Source: an uncultured Rikenellaceae bacterium (GTDB lineage: Bacteria; Bacteroidota; Bacteroidia; Bacteroidales; VadinHA17). From it: a stretch of 64,000 nucleotides of DNA. Made by a program: the position numbers and the translations under genes. Position 1 is the stretch's first letter, and each line of letters begins with the position of its first letter. The notes beneath the pieces are model-generated. The model was not told the DNA's origin and made no database searches. It worked only from the letters and a program-made list of their open reading frames with translations. This document shows, in pieces, positions 26,399 to 34,980 of the stretch. The stretch lies in the NCBI GenBank assembly GCA_964634565.1, contig CAZWLP010000005.1, positions 4,946 to 68,945 on the forward strand. The letters run 5' to 3'.

Positions 26399-28323
26399 AA
26401 CCTGAAAATAACAGATATACCGAAAATCTCCTTAAACTGAACTTTAGGCACTTTCTTCTGGTTACCATCTGCTCCAAGTACAGGTTCTCCATCCTCATCT
26501 GTTAAAGGAATAAGAGTGTCATCGTCATATATTAGATGAGTATTTAACCGCACATCAGTAAACCAGTTCAGCTTCGCGGTAGCAATCATTTCCCAATCGA
26601 TATCTATATTCAGAGGGTTATGAATATAGTTTGTAAACAACCTTATCTCATTCGAAAGGGTAACAATATCCCAGAGCTCTGCTTTGTGCTCAATCTGAAT
26701 ACTCATACCAGGCTCATGCTTTGATCGCTGATCGGCCGTCAGACCGTGCTTGGTTTGATCAATATGTACCGTGTCAGGCACAAATGTGGCCTTATAGGAA
26801 AGAGGTGCAAAGTTAATTGAGGTATTTTTGTTTGGCTTATAGTCCAATCCGAGACCGACAGTTATGGTTGCCGGATTAAAAAACTTTGAGATAACTACAG
26901 AATCATTCGGATAATTATATCCATTTGCAAGCTGAGATTTGAATAACAGCATTGCGCTGAAATCAAATTTACCAAAGGCCTTATTGCTGAACTTTGATGA
27001 AATATCAAGAACGTCGATATTTTTTCTGACATCATACTTATTACCACCGTATCCTTCCGACATAATAAGACCATATTTAAACCTTCCTATTGTGTTCCAG
27101 CTAATTTTCTTCTCCTTATTTGTATAATTAGCGCTTCCCGAAACATCAATCAGGGTAGAGATATTGCTTTCACCCCCCTTAGTCCAGTTTTTAATAATAG
27201 CCTGGTTAAAAACAAAGGAGGCTTCAGAAAAGAACTTCCAGTATTGAGGAATTATATCTATTTTTTTTGGATCAGCCAGTCTGGTATGATCAAACTTATC
27301 CACCCCCACCCTTGCATCTGCTATCCTGGTCTCCTTATCCGGCCTCCTGAAATGGATACCTTTTTCTACAATTACACTAACGGAGTCGCGTGAGGGGCTT
27401 CCAATCCATATCGACAATTCTTCACCCCATTCATTAATCAGCCAGAGCCTGGTCATAGGGTTTGGATAATCGCTGAGCCAGATCTCTTCAGAGCCTTCAG
27501 AGCCTGTAAAAACTACTTTAGAAGAATCTTTTCTATGTGTAAATGACCTTATTACATCCATCGCAGCCTTGATAGAATCGCCGGTCATAGGGTTATTATA
27601 ATAACTGAACGGGAAAAACTGGTTTGTACTAATAACTTCGCTCAGAGTATCCGAAATAACAAGAATTACACTATCCCTGCGAACAGATTGCCTGCTGATT
27701 CTTGTAGAGTCAGTAAAAAGGGCAGCTGAATCTGACCGGGCCAGTGTCATAGAAGAGTCTTTCCCAACAGAGATCGATGTATCTTTAGCAGGAATTACAA
27801 AATGCAGAGTATCCCAGAGATAGAAATTGCTCCTTGGTATTTTAATGTGATCCCACTCAAAGGCATTGATATACCACTCTGAAACATAAAACTGATCGTT
27901 TGTTGCTTCATAGAGATACCGTCCCATAGCCTTTCTTAAGGGATCATCAGGATTATTCCAGATAGAAACATCATTATACCATTTTGTTATATACTCTATT
28001 GCTTCACCTTCAGTAAAATCTATTTCATTTATACTATTTTGAATCAGTGAATCAAGTTTCCTGGGATCTATAGTCTCTTTAATTATAAGACCTATATCAG
28101 ATTCATCATTAAATACTCCTTCTATTGACAAGATGGGTTCCAGAGTTAAGGGTATACCAACTGTATCCTGGCTTACACTATCAGGCTTAACCAACACTGT
28201 ATCTGACCTTACCACAGAAGAGTCAGCTTTAACTGTTTCCTGTGATCTTACAGTATGGGTACTGAAAAATATTATTGAAACAAACAGTATAAAAAACTCT
28301 TTACGGAAAATATACTTCCTCAT
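26395..28323 (-). CDS. outer-membrane beta-barrel protein, DUF3078-like C-terminal half with long N-terminal extension
   Basis: 642 aa with a signal peptide. The C-terminal half has alternating beta-strand patterning, NWTKGGESNIS, and a terminal ...VIFRF. Confidence 0.55.
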   Translation of the reverse strand: MRKYIFRKEFFILFVSIIFFSTHTVRSQETVKADSSVVRSDTVLVKPDSVSQDTVGIPLTLEPILSIEGVFNDESDIGLIIKETIDPRKLDSLIQNSINEIDFTEGEAIEYITKWYNDVSIWNNPDDPLRKAMGRYLYEATNDQFYVSEWYINAFEWDHIKIPRSNFYLWDTLHFVIPAKDTSISVGKDSSMTLARSDSAALFTDSTRISRQSVRRDSVILVISDTLSEVISTNQFFPFSYYNNPMTGDSIKAAMDVIRSFTHRKDSSKVVFTGSEGSEEIWLSDYPNPMTRLWLINEWGEELSIWIGSPSRDSVSVIVEKGIHFRRPDKETRIADARVGVDKFDHTRLADPKKIDIIPQYWKFFSEASFVFNQAIIKNWTKGGESNISTLIDVSGSANYTNKEKKISWNTIGRFKYGLIMSEGYGGNKYDVRKNIDVLDISSKFSNKAFGKFDFSAMLLFKSQLANGYNYPNDSVVISKFFNPATITVGLGLDYKPNKNTSINFAPLSYKATFVPDTVHIDQTKHGLTADQRSKHEPGMSIQIEHKAELWDIVTLSNEIRLFTNYIHNPLNIDIDWEMIATAKLNWFTDVRLNTHLIYDDDTLIPLTDEDGEPVLGADGNQKKVPKVQFKEIFGISVIFRF

Positions 28324-28367
28324 CCTAACTTTTGGTAGCTAATAATTGAATATTCAATAAATGTGGA

Positions 28368-28375
28368 TAATTTTG
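28368..28375 (+). promoter_or_regulatory. Bacteroidota -7 promoter box (TAnnTTTG), distal to tnaA
   Basis: TAATTTTG, 168 nt upstream of the tnaA ATG. Part of the palindrome TTTTGCAAAA. Confidence 0.3.
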
Positions 28376-28542
28376 CAAAAGCAATGCCAAAAATAATGCA
28401 TTTATTCAATATAACGGAATTTAGGAAAGAAGAAGTATACCGTAACCTTAAAAAGAGGGACGCCTACAGCTGTTAACTATTAAAATGGCTCCAAGCCAGA
28501 TATCCTTTTAATATATTTTCCTAACATTTTATTACAATAATC

Positions 28543-29919
28543 ATGAATTTACCATATGCCGAACCATTTAAAACAAAAATGGTTGAGTCAATCAGACAAA
28601 GCACACGAGAAGAACGTGAAAAGTGGATTACTGAAGCTTCTTACAATCTTTTCAATTTAAAATCAGAACAGGTATTTATTGATCTTCTTACAGACTCCGG
28701 AACAGGTGCAATGAGTGACCGCCAGTGGTCAGAGATGATGCTTGGAGATGAAAGCTATGCCGGAGCAACTTCTTTCCGGAAACTTAAATCTGCAATTAAC
28801 GAGATTACCGGATTCAAATACGTACTACCCACCCATCAGGGAAGAGCAGCCGAAAATGTACTATTCTCAGTACTGGTAAAAGAAGGCGATATTATTCCAG
28901 GAAATTCTCACTTCGATACAACCAAGGGTCATATTGAGTTCAGAAAGGCAGAAGCCGTCGACTGTACCTGCGATATAGCAGGCGACACAAAAGCCATACA
29001 TCCTTTTAAGGGCAATGTCGACCTTGTAAAACTGGAAACTGTTCTGAAAAAATATCCTATCGATAAGATCCCCTTTATAATTCTGACCATTACCAATAAT
29101 ACAGCAGGGGGGCAACCTGTTAGCATGGAAAATATAAGGGAAAGTTCCCGACTGGCAAAAAAGTACGGAACCATGCTGATCATCGATTCTGCAAGATTTG
29201 CCGAAAACGCATACTTTATAAAGACCAGGGAAGAAGGATATAAAGATAAATCTATCAAAGAAATAGTAAGGGAAATATTCTCGTATGCAGATGGAATGAC
29301 AATGAGTTCTAAAAAGGATGCCATCGTTAATATGGGAGGCTTTATTGCTTTAAGTGATGAAAATATTTTTAAGGCAGCAGCCCAGTTTAATATTATGTTC
29401 GAAGGATATATTACATATGGAGGTCTGTCCGGACGTGATATGAATGCTCTTGCACAGGGATTAATTGAAGGTACTGAATTTGAATTCCTGGAATCGAGAA
29501 TTGCTCAGGTAAATTATCTTGGCACAGGACTTTTAAAAAACGGGGTACCCATCCAGGAGCCTGTTGGAGGTCATGCCGTATTTGTAAATGCACTCGAAAT
29601 ATATCCCCATATCCCCCGCGAAGAATTCCCTGCACAGACACTGGCAATAGAATTATACCTTGAAGCAGGTATAAGAGGAGTTGAGATCGGTGCAATTATG
29701 GCCGACAGAGATCCGATTAGCAGGGAAAACAGGTATCCTGCCCTCGAACTTGTAAGACTGGCAATCCCAAGAAGAGTCTATTCGGATAATCATATGGATT
29801 ACGTTATTGCAGCCCTTACCAATGTCTATAACAACAGGAATAAAATAACAGCAGGAGTGAAAATCATCGATGAGGCTCCACTGCTCAGGCATTTTACAGT
29901 TAAGCTGGAGAGATTATAA
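28543..29919 (+). CDS. tnaA: tryptophanase / tyrosine phenol-lyase family beta-eliminating lyase (tryptophanase most likely)
   Basis: 458 aa. DLLTDSGTGAMSDRQW, and PLP-lysine context MSSKKDAIVNMGGF. Tryptophanase and TPL cannot be separated by eye. Confidence 0.8.
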   Translation: MNLPYAEPFKTKMVESIRQSTREEREKWITEASYNLFNLKSEQVFIDLLTDSGTGAMSDRQWSEMMLGDESYAGATSFRKLKSAINEITGFKYVLPTHQGRAAENVLFSVLVKEGDIIPGNSHFDTTKGHIEFRKAEAVDCTCDIAGDTKAIHPFKGNVDLVKLETVLKKYPIDKIPFIILTITNNTAGGQPVSMENIRESSRLAKKYGTMLIIDSARFAENAYFIKTREEGYKDKSIKEIVREIFSYADGMTMSSKKDAIVNMGGFIALSDENIFKAAAQFNIMFEGYITYGGLSGRDMNALAQGLIEGTEFEFLESRIAQVNYLGTGLLKNGVPIQEPVGGHAVFVNALEIYPHIPREEFPAQTLAIELYLEAGIRGVEIGAIMADRDPISRENRYPALELVRLAIPRRVYSDNHMDYVIAALTNVYNNRNKITAGVKIIDEAPLLRHFTVKLERL

Positions 29920-29973
29920 GATTATAAGATTATAAGATTGTAAGATTATAAGATATAAGATTGTAAGATTGCA
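29911..29973. repeat. tandem 8-nt word array AGATTRTA x8 starting inside the last tnaA codons
   Basis: AGATTATA x3, AGATTGTA, AGATTATA, AGATATA, AGATTGTA, AGATTGCA. No C on the + strand for 61 nt. The tnaA TAA is 29917-29919. Confidence 0.95.
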
Positions 29974-29986
29974 TAACTATTTTGGC

Positions 29987-29994
29987 TACTTTTG
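29987..29994 (+). promoter_or_regulatory. Bacteroidota -7 promoter box (TAnnTTTG) for the MATE gene
   Basis: TACTTTTG, 30 nt upstream of the ATG at 30024 and downstream of the octamer array. Confidence 0.45.
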
Positions 29995-30023
29995 CCAACT
30001 GTTTAAACAGATAAAGGTTTCCA

Positions 30024-31376
30024 ATGAAAGATATGACAGCTGGCAAAGAGAGTAAACTTATTCTTAAGTTTGCCCTTCCTATGCTTGCTGGCAGTGTCTT
30101 CCAGCAGCTCTATAATGTTGTTGACAGCATAATTGTCGGTAATTTTATAGGTAAAGAAGCCCTGGCTGCAGTAGGCGCTTCCTTCCCTGTGATATTTGTG
30201 CTGATATCCATGATAATAGGGTTCGCGATGGGTGTAACAATTATTATCTCTCAGTATTTCGGAGCAAAAAAATATGATAAGGTAAGGAGGGCTATTGATA
30301 CCATGTTTATCACACTCTTCTTCGCTTCAATCATTACCACAATTGCCGGGATACTTTTTAGCGAAGATATATTCCGGCTTCTGAACCTGCCGGAAGAAAT
30401 TATGCCTCAGGCCCTTAGTTATCTTAATATCTACCTGCTCGGTATGGTCGGCTTCTTCGGGTTTAATGGGGTAAGTGCTATACTGAGAGGACTGGGAGAC
30501 TCTATGACCCCGCTGGTATTTCTGATGATATCGACCCTTACTAATATTATTCTTGATATCATGTTTATTGTTGTATTTAAAATGGGCATAGAAGGTGTGG
30601 CTGTTGCAACGGTAATTTCACAGGGTGGAGCATTTATAACTGCTATTATTTATCTTAATAAGAACCATAAGCTTATCAGGTTCTCATTTAAGAACCTGGT
30701 GTTTGACAGGGAAATATTTAAACTGGGTAATAAGATAGGTCTTCCCTCGGGCTTCCAGCACACCTTTGTTGCTATTGGCATGATGGCCATTATGGGAATT
30801 GTAAATTCATTCGGAACAGACGTAATTGCTGCTTACTCTGTTGCCAGTCGTATTGATGCTATCGCAGTAATTCCAGCAATGATTCTTTCGCAGGCACTGG
30901 CTACCTTTGTCGGACAAAACCTGGGAGCCAACAAACCTGACAGAGTAAGAACAGGCCTGATTGCCACTGTTAAAATTACCATAATCGTTACAATAGTTAC
31001 CACTGCCATTGTTGTCTTCTTTGGATCTTTCTTTATAAGAGCCTTTACTGACGACACAGAAGTAATAAGAATTGGGAATGAATATCTGACTACAGTAAGC
31101 CTCTTCTATATCTTATTTGCAATGATGTTTATGTTTTCAGGAGTAATGAGAGGAGCCGGAGAAACAATTGTTCCAATGATTTTTACCCTGCTTTCCCTAT
31201 GGCTTGTCAGACTCCCTGTTGCATGGTTCCTTTCAAACCGTATGGGCACAGAACAGGGTATCTGGTGGTCATTCCCCGTTGGCTGGGCCGTGGGCCTTAC
31301 ACTTGCCTGGGCTTATTATTCAACCGGGCGATGGAAAAAGAAGGTTATAATAAAACCTGAGGTTAAAATACCCTAA
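30024..31376 (+). CDS. MATE family efflux transporter
   Basis: 450 aa, 12-TM pattern. N-terminal LPMLAGSVFQQLYNVVDSIIVG is typical of MATE/NorM. Confidence 0.9.
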   Translation: MKDMTAGKESKLILKFALPMLAGSVFQQLYNVVDSIIVGNFIGKEALAAVGASFPVIFVLISMIIGFAMGVTIIISQYFGAKKYDKVRRAIDTMFITLFFASIITTIAGILFSEDIFRLLNLPEEIMPQALSYLNIYLLGMVGFFGFNGVSAILRGLGDSMTPLVFLMISTLTNIILDIMFIVVFKMGIEGVAVATVISQGGAFITAIIYLNKNHKLIRFSFKNLVFDREIFKLGNKIGLPSGFQHTFVAIGMMAIMGIVNSFGTDVIAAYSVASRIDAIAVIPAMILSQALATFVGQNLGANKPDRVRTGLIATVKITIIVTIVTTAIVVFFGSFFIRAFTDDTEVIRIGNEYLTTVSLFYILFAMMFMFSGVMRGAGETIVPMIFTLLSLWLVRLPVAWFLSNRMGTEQGIWWSFPVGWAVGLTLAWAYYSTGRWKKKVIIKPEVKIP

Positions 31377-31410
31377 ACTATTTGCCCTTTCTTCATCCTT
31401 CGAAGCTTTA

Positions 31411-31430
31411 GCAAAGGAGGAGTCCTTTGC
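31411..31430 (+). terminator. hairpin downstream of the MATE gene
   Basis: GCAAAGG - AGGAGT - CCTTTGC (7-bp stem), followed by the T-rich CCTATGCCTTTTCC. Confidence 0.3.
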
Positions 31431-31484
31431 CCTATGCCTTTTCCTAATTTCTTAGTATTTTTATAGTCTACTAAAAATAAAATT

Positions 31485-32357
31485 ATGATCCGATCAATGA
31501 CCGGTTTTGGTAAAACTGATACCGATATACCGGGGAAAAAAATTAGTGTTGAAATACGCACTCTTAATAGCAAACAGACAGATATCAATGTTAAGATGCC
31601 ATGGCTATATAAGGAAAAGGAGATTGAAATCCGGAATATGCTGAGCAAGGCACTTGAAAGGGGAAAAATAGATTTCTCGATACATGTTGATATAATGGGA
31701 GATCAGACTGTACCAAGAATCAATAAGGAAGTAGTTAAAAACTACCACGCACAATTATCAGAGGTGGCCGGTGAGCTTTATATTGATAATCCCGACCAGC
31801 TCCTTGCAATAATAATGAGACTTCCGGAAACACTCAGATCAGAAAAGATGCAACTGGATGATAATGAATGGGTGATTCTTCAAAAATTAATAGATGATGC
31901 TCTTAAGATGGTCAATAATTACAGGCTGGAAGAGGGTGAGGCGCTTTTGGCTGATATATCTTCGCATATTAAAAACATAGAAGCGCTACTGAAGGAAATT
32001 GAACCTTTTGAAGAGGATAGAATTAAATCTGTTAAAGAAAGACTGATGGCAGCTCAGAAACAATCAGGGACAGAAGACCTTGATATGAACCGCTTCGAGC
32101 AGGAACTAATTTACTATCTCGAAAAACTCGATATTAATGAAGAAAAGGTACGTCTGAGAAACCATTGTAAGTACTTTATTGAAACAGCCTCAGGCGAGGA
32201 ATCAAATGGTAAGAAACTGGCATTTATAAGCCAGGAGATAGGAAGAGAAATAAATACTATAGGATCAAAGGCAAATAACTCATCTATTCAGAAGTTAGTT
32301 GTCAGAATGAAAGATGAACTTGAAAAGATAAAAGAACAATCACTTAACATCTTATAA
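31485..32357 (+). CDS. yicC: YicC family protein
   Basis: 290 aa. MIRSMTGFGK N-terminus and C-terminal EIGREINTIGSKAN. Confidence 0.88.
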   Translation: MIRSMTGFGKTDTDIPGKKISVEIRTLNSKQTDINVKMPWLYKEKEIEIRNMLSKALERGKIDFSIHVDIMGDQTVPRINKEVVKNYHAQLSEVAGELYIDNPDQLLAIIMRLPETLRSEKMQLDDNEWVILQKLIDDALKMVNNYRLEEGEALLADISSHIKNIEALLKEIEPFEEDRIKSVKERLMAAQKQSGTEDLDMNRFEQELIYYLEKLDINEEKVRLRNHCKYFIETASGEESNGKKLAFISQEIGREINTIGSKANNSSIQKLVVRMKDELEKIKEQSLNIL

Positions 32358-32390
32358 TCTTATAATCTTATAATCTTTAATCTTTAATCT
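32349..32390. repeat. tandem word array CTTATAAT x3 + CTTTAAT x2, the reverse complement of the 29911 array, starting inside the last yicC codons
   Basis: 32349-32376 is the exact reverse complement of 29911-29938 (28 nt). No G on the + strand. The yicC TAA is 32355-32357. Confidence 0.95.
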
Positions 32391-32394
32391 ACAC

Positions 32395-32967
32395 ATGGAA
32401 GGCAAATTGCTTATATTTTCAGCCCCATCAGGTTCTGGCAAAACTACCATTGTCAAACATCTCCTGGCATCTGATTTAAACCTTGAATTCTCAATATCTG
32501 CTACATCGAGAGAAATAAGAGGAAGTGAGACAGATGGCAAAGACTACTACTTCTTTAGTGCTGATAAATTCAGGGAGAGAATTGACAGGGATGAATTTAT
32601 TGAGTGGGAGGAGGTATATAAAGACCATTATTACGGCACTCTGAAATCAGAGATTGAAAGGATATGGAATAATGGCAATCATGTAATATTTGATGTTGAT
32701 GTTATAGGAGGGATTAATTTAAAGAAGATCTTTGGAAAACAGGCACTCTCCGTTTTTATTATGCCTCCTTCAATAAACACTCTTAGTGAACGCCTGAAAC
32801 AAAGGGGAACAGACAGTATTGATAATATTGAAATGAGAATAACGAAAGCAAGTAAAGAGATTGACAGGGCAGATGAATTTGATTTGATTATTGTTAATGA
32901 TAATCTTGATGAAGCCTGCCTGAAGGCAGTTAAGGCAGTAAAAGAATTTATTGAAGATAAAAGATAA
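32395..32967 (+). CDS. gmk: guanylate kinase
   Basis: 190 aa. P-loop SAPSGSGKTT, and TSREIRGSETDGKDYYF. Confidence 0.93.
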   Translation: MEGKLLIFSAPSGSGKTTIVKHLLASDLNLEFSISATSREIRGSETDGKDYYFFSADKFRERIDRDEFIEWEEVYKDHYYGTLKSEIERIWNNGNHVIFDVDVIGGINLKKIFGKQALSVFIMPPSINTLSERLKQRGTDSIDNIEMRITKASKEIDRADEFDLIIVNDNLDEACLKAVKAVKEFIEDKR

Positions 32968-32974
32968 GCAGTGT

Positions 32975-33565
32975 ATGAAGACAGGGCTCTATTTCGGTTC
33001 TTTTAATCCCATCCATATTGGTCATCTTGCAATTGCAAATTATATGGTTGAAAACTCTGACCTGGGAGAGATATGGTTTGTTGTGAGTCCTCATAATCCA
33101 TTAAAGAAAAAATCCAGTCTGCTGGCCGATCACCACAGGGTACGACTTGCAGAGATAGCTACAGAAGATGATGACAGGCTATTCGTTTCTGACATTGAAA
33201 CAAAGATGCCACAACCATCATACACAATTGATACACTTACATGGCTGAGTGAAAAATATCCTAAAAAGGAATTTGCCCTTATTATGGGTGGAGATAATCT
33301 CAGCACACTTCATAAATGGAAAAATGTTGATGAATTAATTAGCAAATACAGTCTGTATGTCTACCCCCGAAAAGATAAACATATTGACTATCCGCTTGAA
33401 CTGGAAGCATTGATCAAAAATGCAAAAATAAGTCTGGTTGAGGCACCCCTGATGGAAATTTCAGGTACTTTTATACGTAATTCCATAGCCAATGGGAAAG
33501 ACATACGCCACTTTCTTCCACCGGCGGTATGGAATTATATTGATGAAATGAACTTCTATAAATAA
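32975..33565 (+). CDS. nadD: nicotinate-nucleotide adenylyltransferase
   Basis: About 196 aa from ATG 32975 (MKTGLYFGSFNPIHIGH); the track start is TTG 32951. HxGH motif and ISGTFIR. Confidence 0.9.
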   Translation: MKTGLYFGSFNPIHIGHLAIANYMVENSDLGEIWFVVSPHNPLKKKSSLLADHHRVRLAEIATEDDDRLFVSDIETKMPQPSYTIDTLTWLSEKYPKKEFALIMGGDNLSTLHKWKNVDELISKYSLYVYPRKDKHIDYPLELEALIKNAKISLVEAPLMEISGTFIRNSIANGKDIRHFLPPAVWNYIDEMNFYK

Positions 33566-33580
33566 GGAGCAAAGGGGTAA

Positions 33581-33609
33581 GAGCTAAGGGTGAAACTCAC
33601 TCTCAACTC
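33581..33609. terminator. imperfect hairpin between convergent nadD and OFOR gamma genes (candidate bidirectional terminator)
   Basis: GAGCTAAGGGTGA - AAC - TCACTCTCAACTC. 10 Watson-Crick pairs plus 1 G-U out of 13 positions. No strong U-tract. Confidence 0.35.
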
Positions 33610-33627
33610 ATTCAAACCCTGAACCAC

Positions 33628-34170
33628 TTATACCTTCCTGATTATCTCCATCCCCCTGTTAAGGGCATTTTCATTCATAGGAATCATATGATGATATCTC
33701 TCAGGAAGCGACTTTTTAAGTCCGAGAATCACATTATCCAGCTTAATAATGGGCTTAACCTTTAAAAATCCGCCCAGCACTATCATATTAAATGTCTTGG
33801 TGCTTTCGAGCTTTGCAGATTCTTCAGCTGCATCAACCCTGAAAATATTTATATCCTTTCTTTCAGGATGCCTGCTTATTCCATTGCTATCATAGATAAG
33901 TGTTCCTCCCGGTTTTACAGCCTTCTCAAATTTATCCATAGACTGTTGATTGAGAATAATAGCTGTATCAAAAACACGGATAATTGGGCTGCTAATTCTC
34001 TCCTCACTTAATATTACTATAACGTTTGCTGTACCACCCCTCATCTCCGGTCCGTACGAAGGCATCCAGCTAACTTCCATATCCTGCATAATACCTGAAT
34101 AGGCCATAATTTTACCCATCGAGAGTACACCCTGTCCTCCAAATCCTGCAATTATTATTTCTTCGGTCAT
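33628..34170 (-). CDS. 2-oxoacid:ferredoxin oxidoreductase, gamma subunit
   Basis: 180 aa. IIIAGFGGQGV N-terminus typical of OFOR gamma subunits. Confidence 0.88.
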   Translation of the reverse strand: MTEEIIIAGFGGQGVLSMGKIMAYSGIMQDMEVSWMPSYGPEMRGGTANVIVILSEERISSPIIRVFDTAIILNQQSMDKFEKAVKPGGTLIYDSNGISRHPERKDINIFRVDAAEESAKLESTKTFNMIVLGGFLKVKPIIKLDNVILGLKKSLPERYHHMIPMNENALNRGMEIIRKV

Positions 34171-34197
34171 AAGATTCAGTTTTTTAAATTGTTAATT

Positions 34198-34977
34198 CTA
34201 CTCTTCAGGTACTTTAAAATCACCAAGAGGATAGAAGGGGAACATATTCTCTTCCATCCATTTATTCGACTCTACCGGTGTCATCTTCCATCCTGAAGGA
34301 CAGTTTGAAACAACCTCAATAAAACAGGTTCCCCTGTTTAATTTCTGGTATTCGAAAGCTTTCTTAATTGCTTTTTTTGTTTTTCTTACATTTCCGGGTT
34401 TATGAACAGCCTGTCTTGTAACATAATATGTTCCTGGCAATGTGGCAACAATATCTGTCATCTTTAAGGGATTACCCATCATACTGATATCCCTGCCATA
34501 AGGTGATGTGGAAGACTTCATACCCTCCAGTGTTGTTGGAGCCATCTGCCCGCCTGTCATACCATAAATACCATTATTAATAAATATTATCAAAATATTT
34601 TCGCCCCGGTTACATGCATGAATAGTCTCTGCAGTACCTATAGCGGCAAGGTCGCCATCACCCTGGTAAGTAAATACGTACTTTTCAGGAAGCAGTCTTT
34701 TTATGGCGGTGGCAACAGCAGGGGCCCTGCCATGAGCTGCCTGTTGTATATCCAGGTCGAGAAAGTTATACATTAGTACCGAACAGCCAACCGGTGCTAC
34801 ACCAATTGTCTGGGCCTGGATATCCAGTTCCTCAATTATTTCAGCTATTATCCGGTGAGTAGTACCATGTCCACATCCCGGGCAATAACTGGTAACATTA
34901 TCTGTCATTACCTTCGACTTGGAGTAAACCAGGTTCTCGGGCTTAATAATTTCTGCACTTGTAATATTATCAGCCAT
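34198..34977 (-). CDS. 2-oxoacid:ferredoxin oxidoreductase, beta (TPP-binding) subunit
   Basis: About 259 aa from ATG (complement 34975-34977); the track uses GTG 34980. CPGCGHG and TPP motif YQGDGDLAAIG. Confidence 0.9.
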   Translation of the reverse strand: MADNITSAEIIKPENLVYSKSKVMTDNVTSYCPGCGHGTTHRIIAEIIEELDIQAQTIGVAPVGCSVLMYNFLDLDIQQAAHGRAPAVATAIKRLLPEKYVFTYQGDGDLAAIGTAETIHACNRGENILIIFINNGIYGMTGGQMAPTTLEGMKSSTSPYGRDISMMGNPLKMTDIVATLPGTYYVTRQAVHKPGNVRKTKKAIKKAFEYQKLNRGTCFIEVVSNCPSGWKMTPVESNKWMEENMFPFYPLGDFKVPEE

Positions 34978-34980
34978 CAC

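Noticed and set aside
28384-28476. TnaC-like regulatory leader peptide upstream of tryptophanase
   Set aside because: Neither the 30-codon uORF nor the 8-codon uORF contains a Trp codon, and neither resembles the TnaC pattern. In AT-rich DNA a 30-codon ORF is not strong evidence of coding.
29911-29973. Possible CRISPR array, because of regular short repeats
   Set aside because: The unit is only 7-8 nt, with no unique spacers between units and no cas genes in the window. It is a simple tandem word array.
31373-31648. 91-aa minus-strand ORF spanning the MATE-yicC spacer and the yicC start
   Set aside because: It overlaps the well-supported yicC N-terminus (MIRSMTGFGK) in antisense and includes the word-rich spacer. 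No supporting features.
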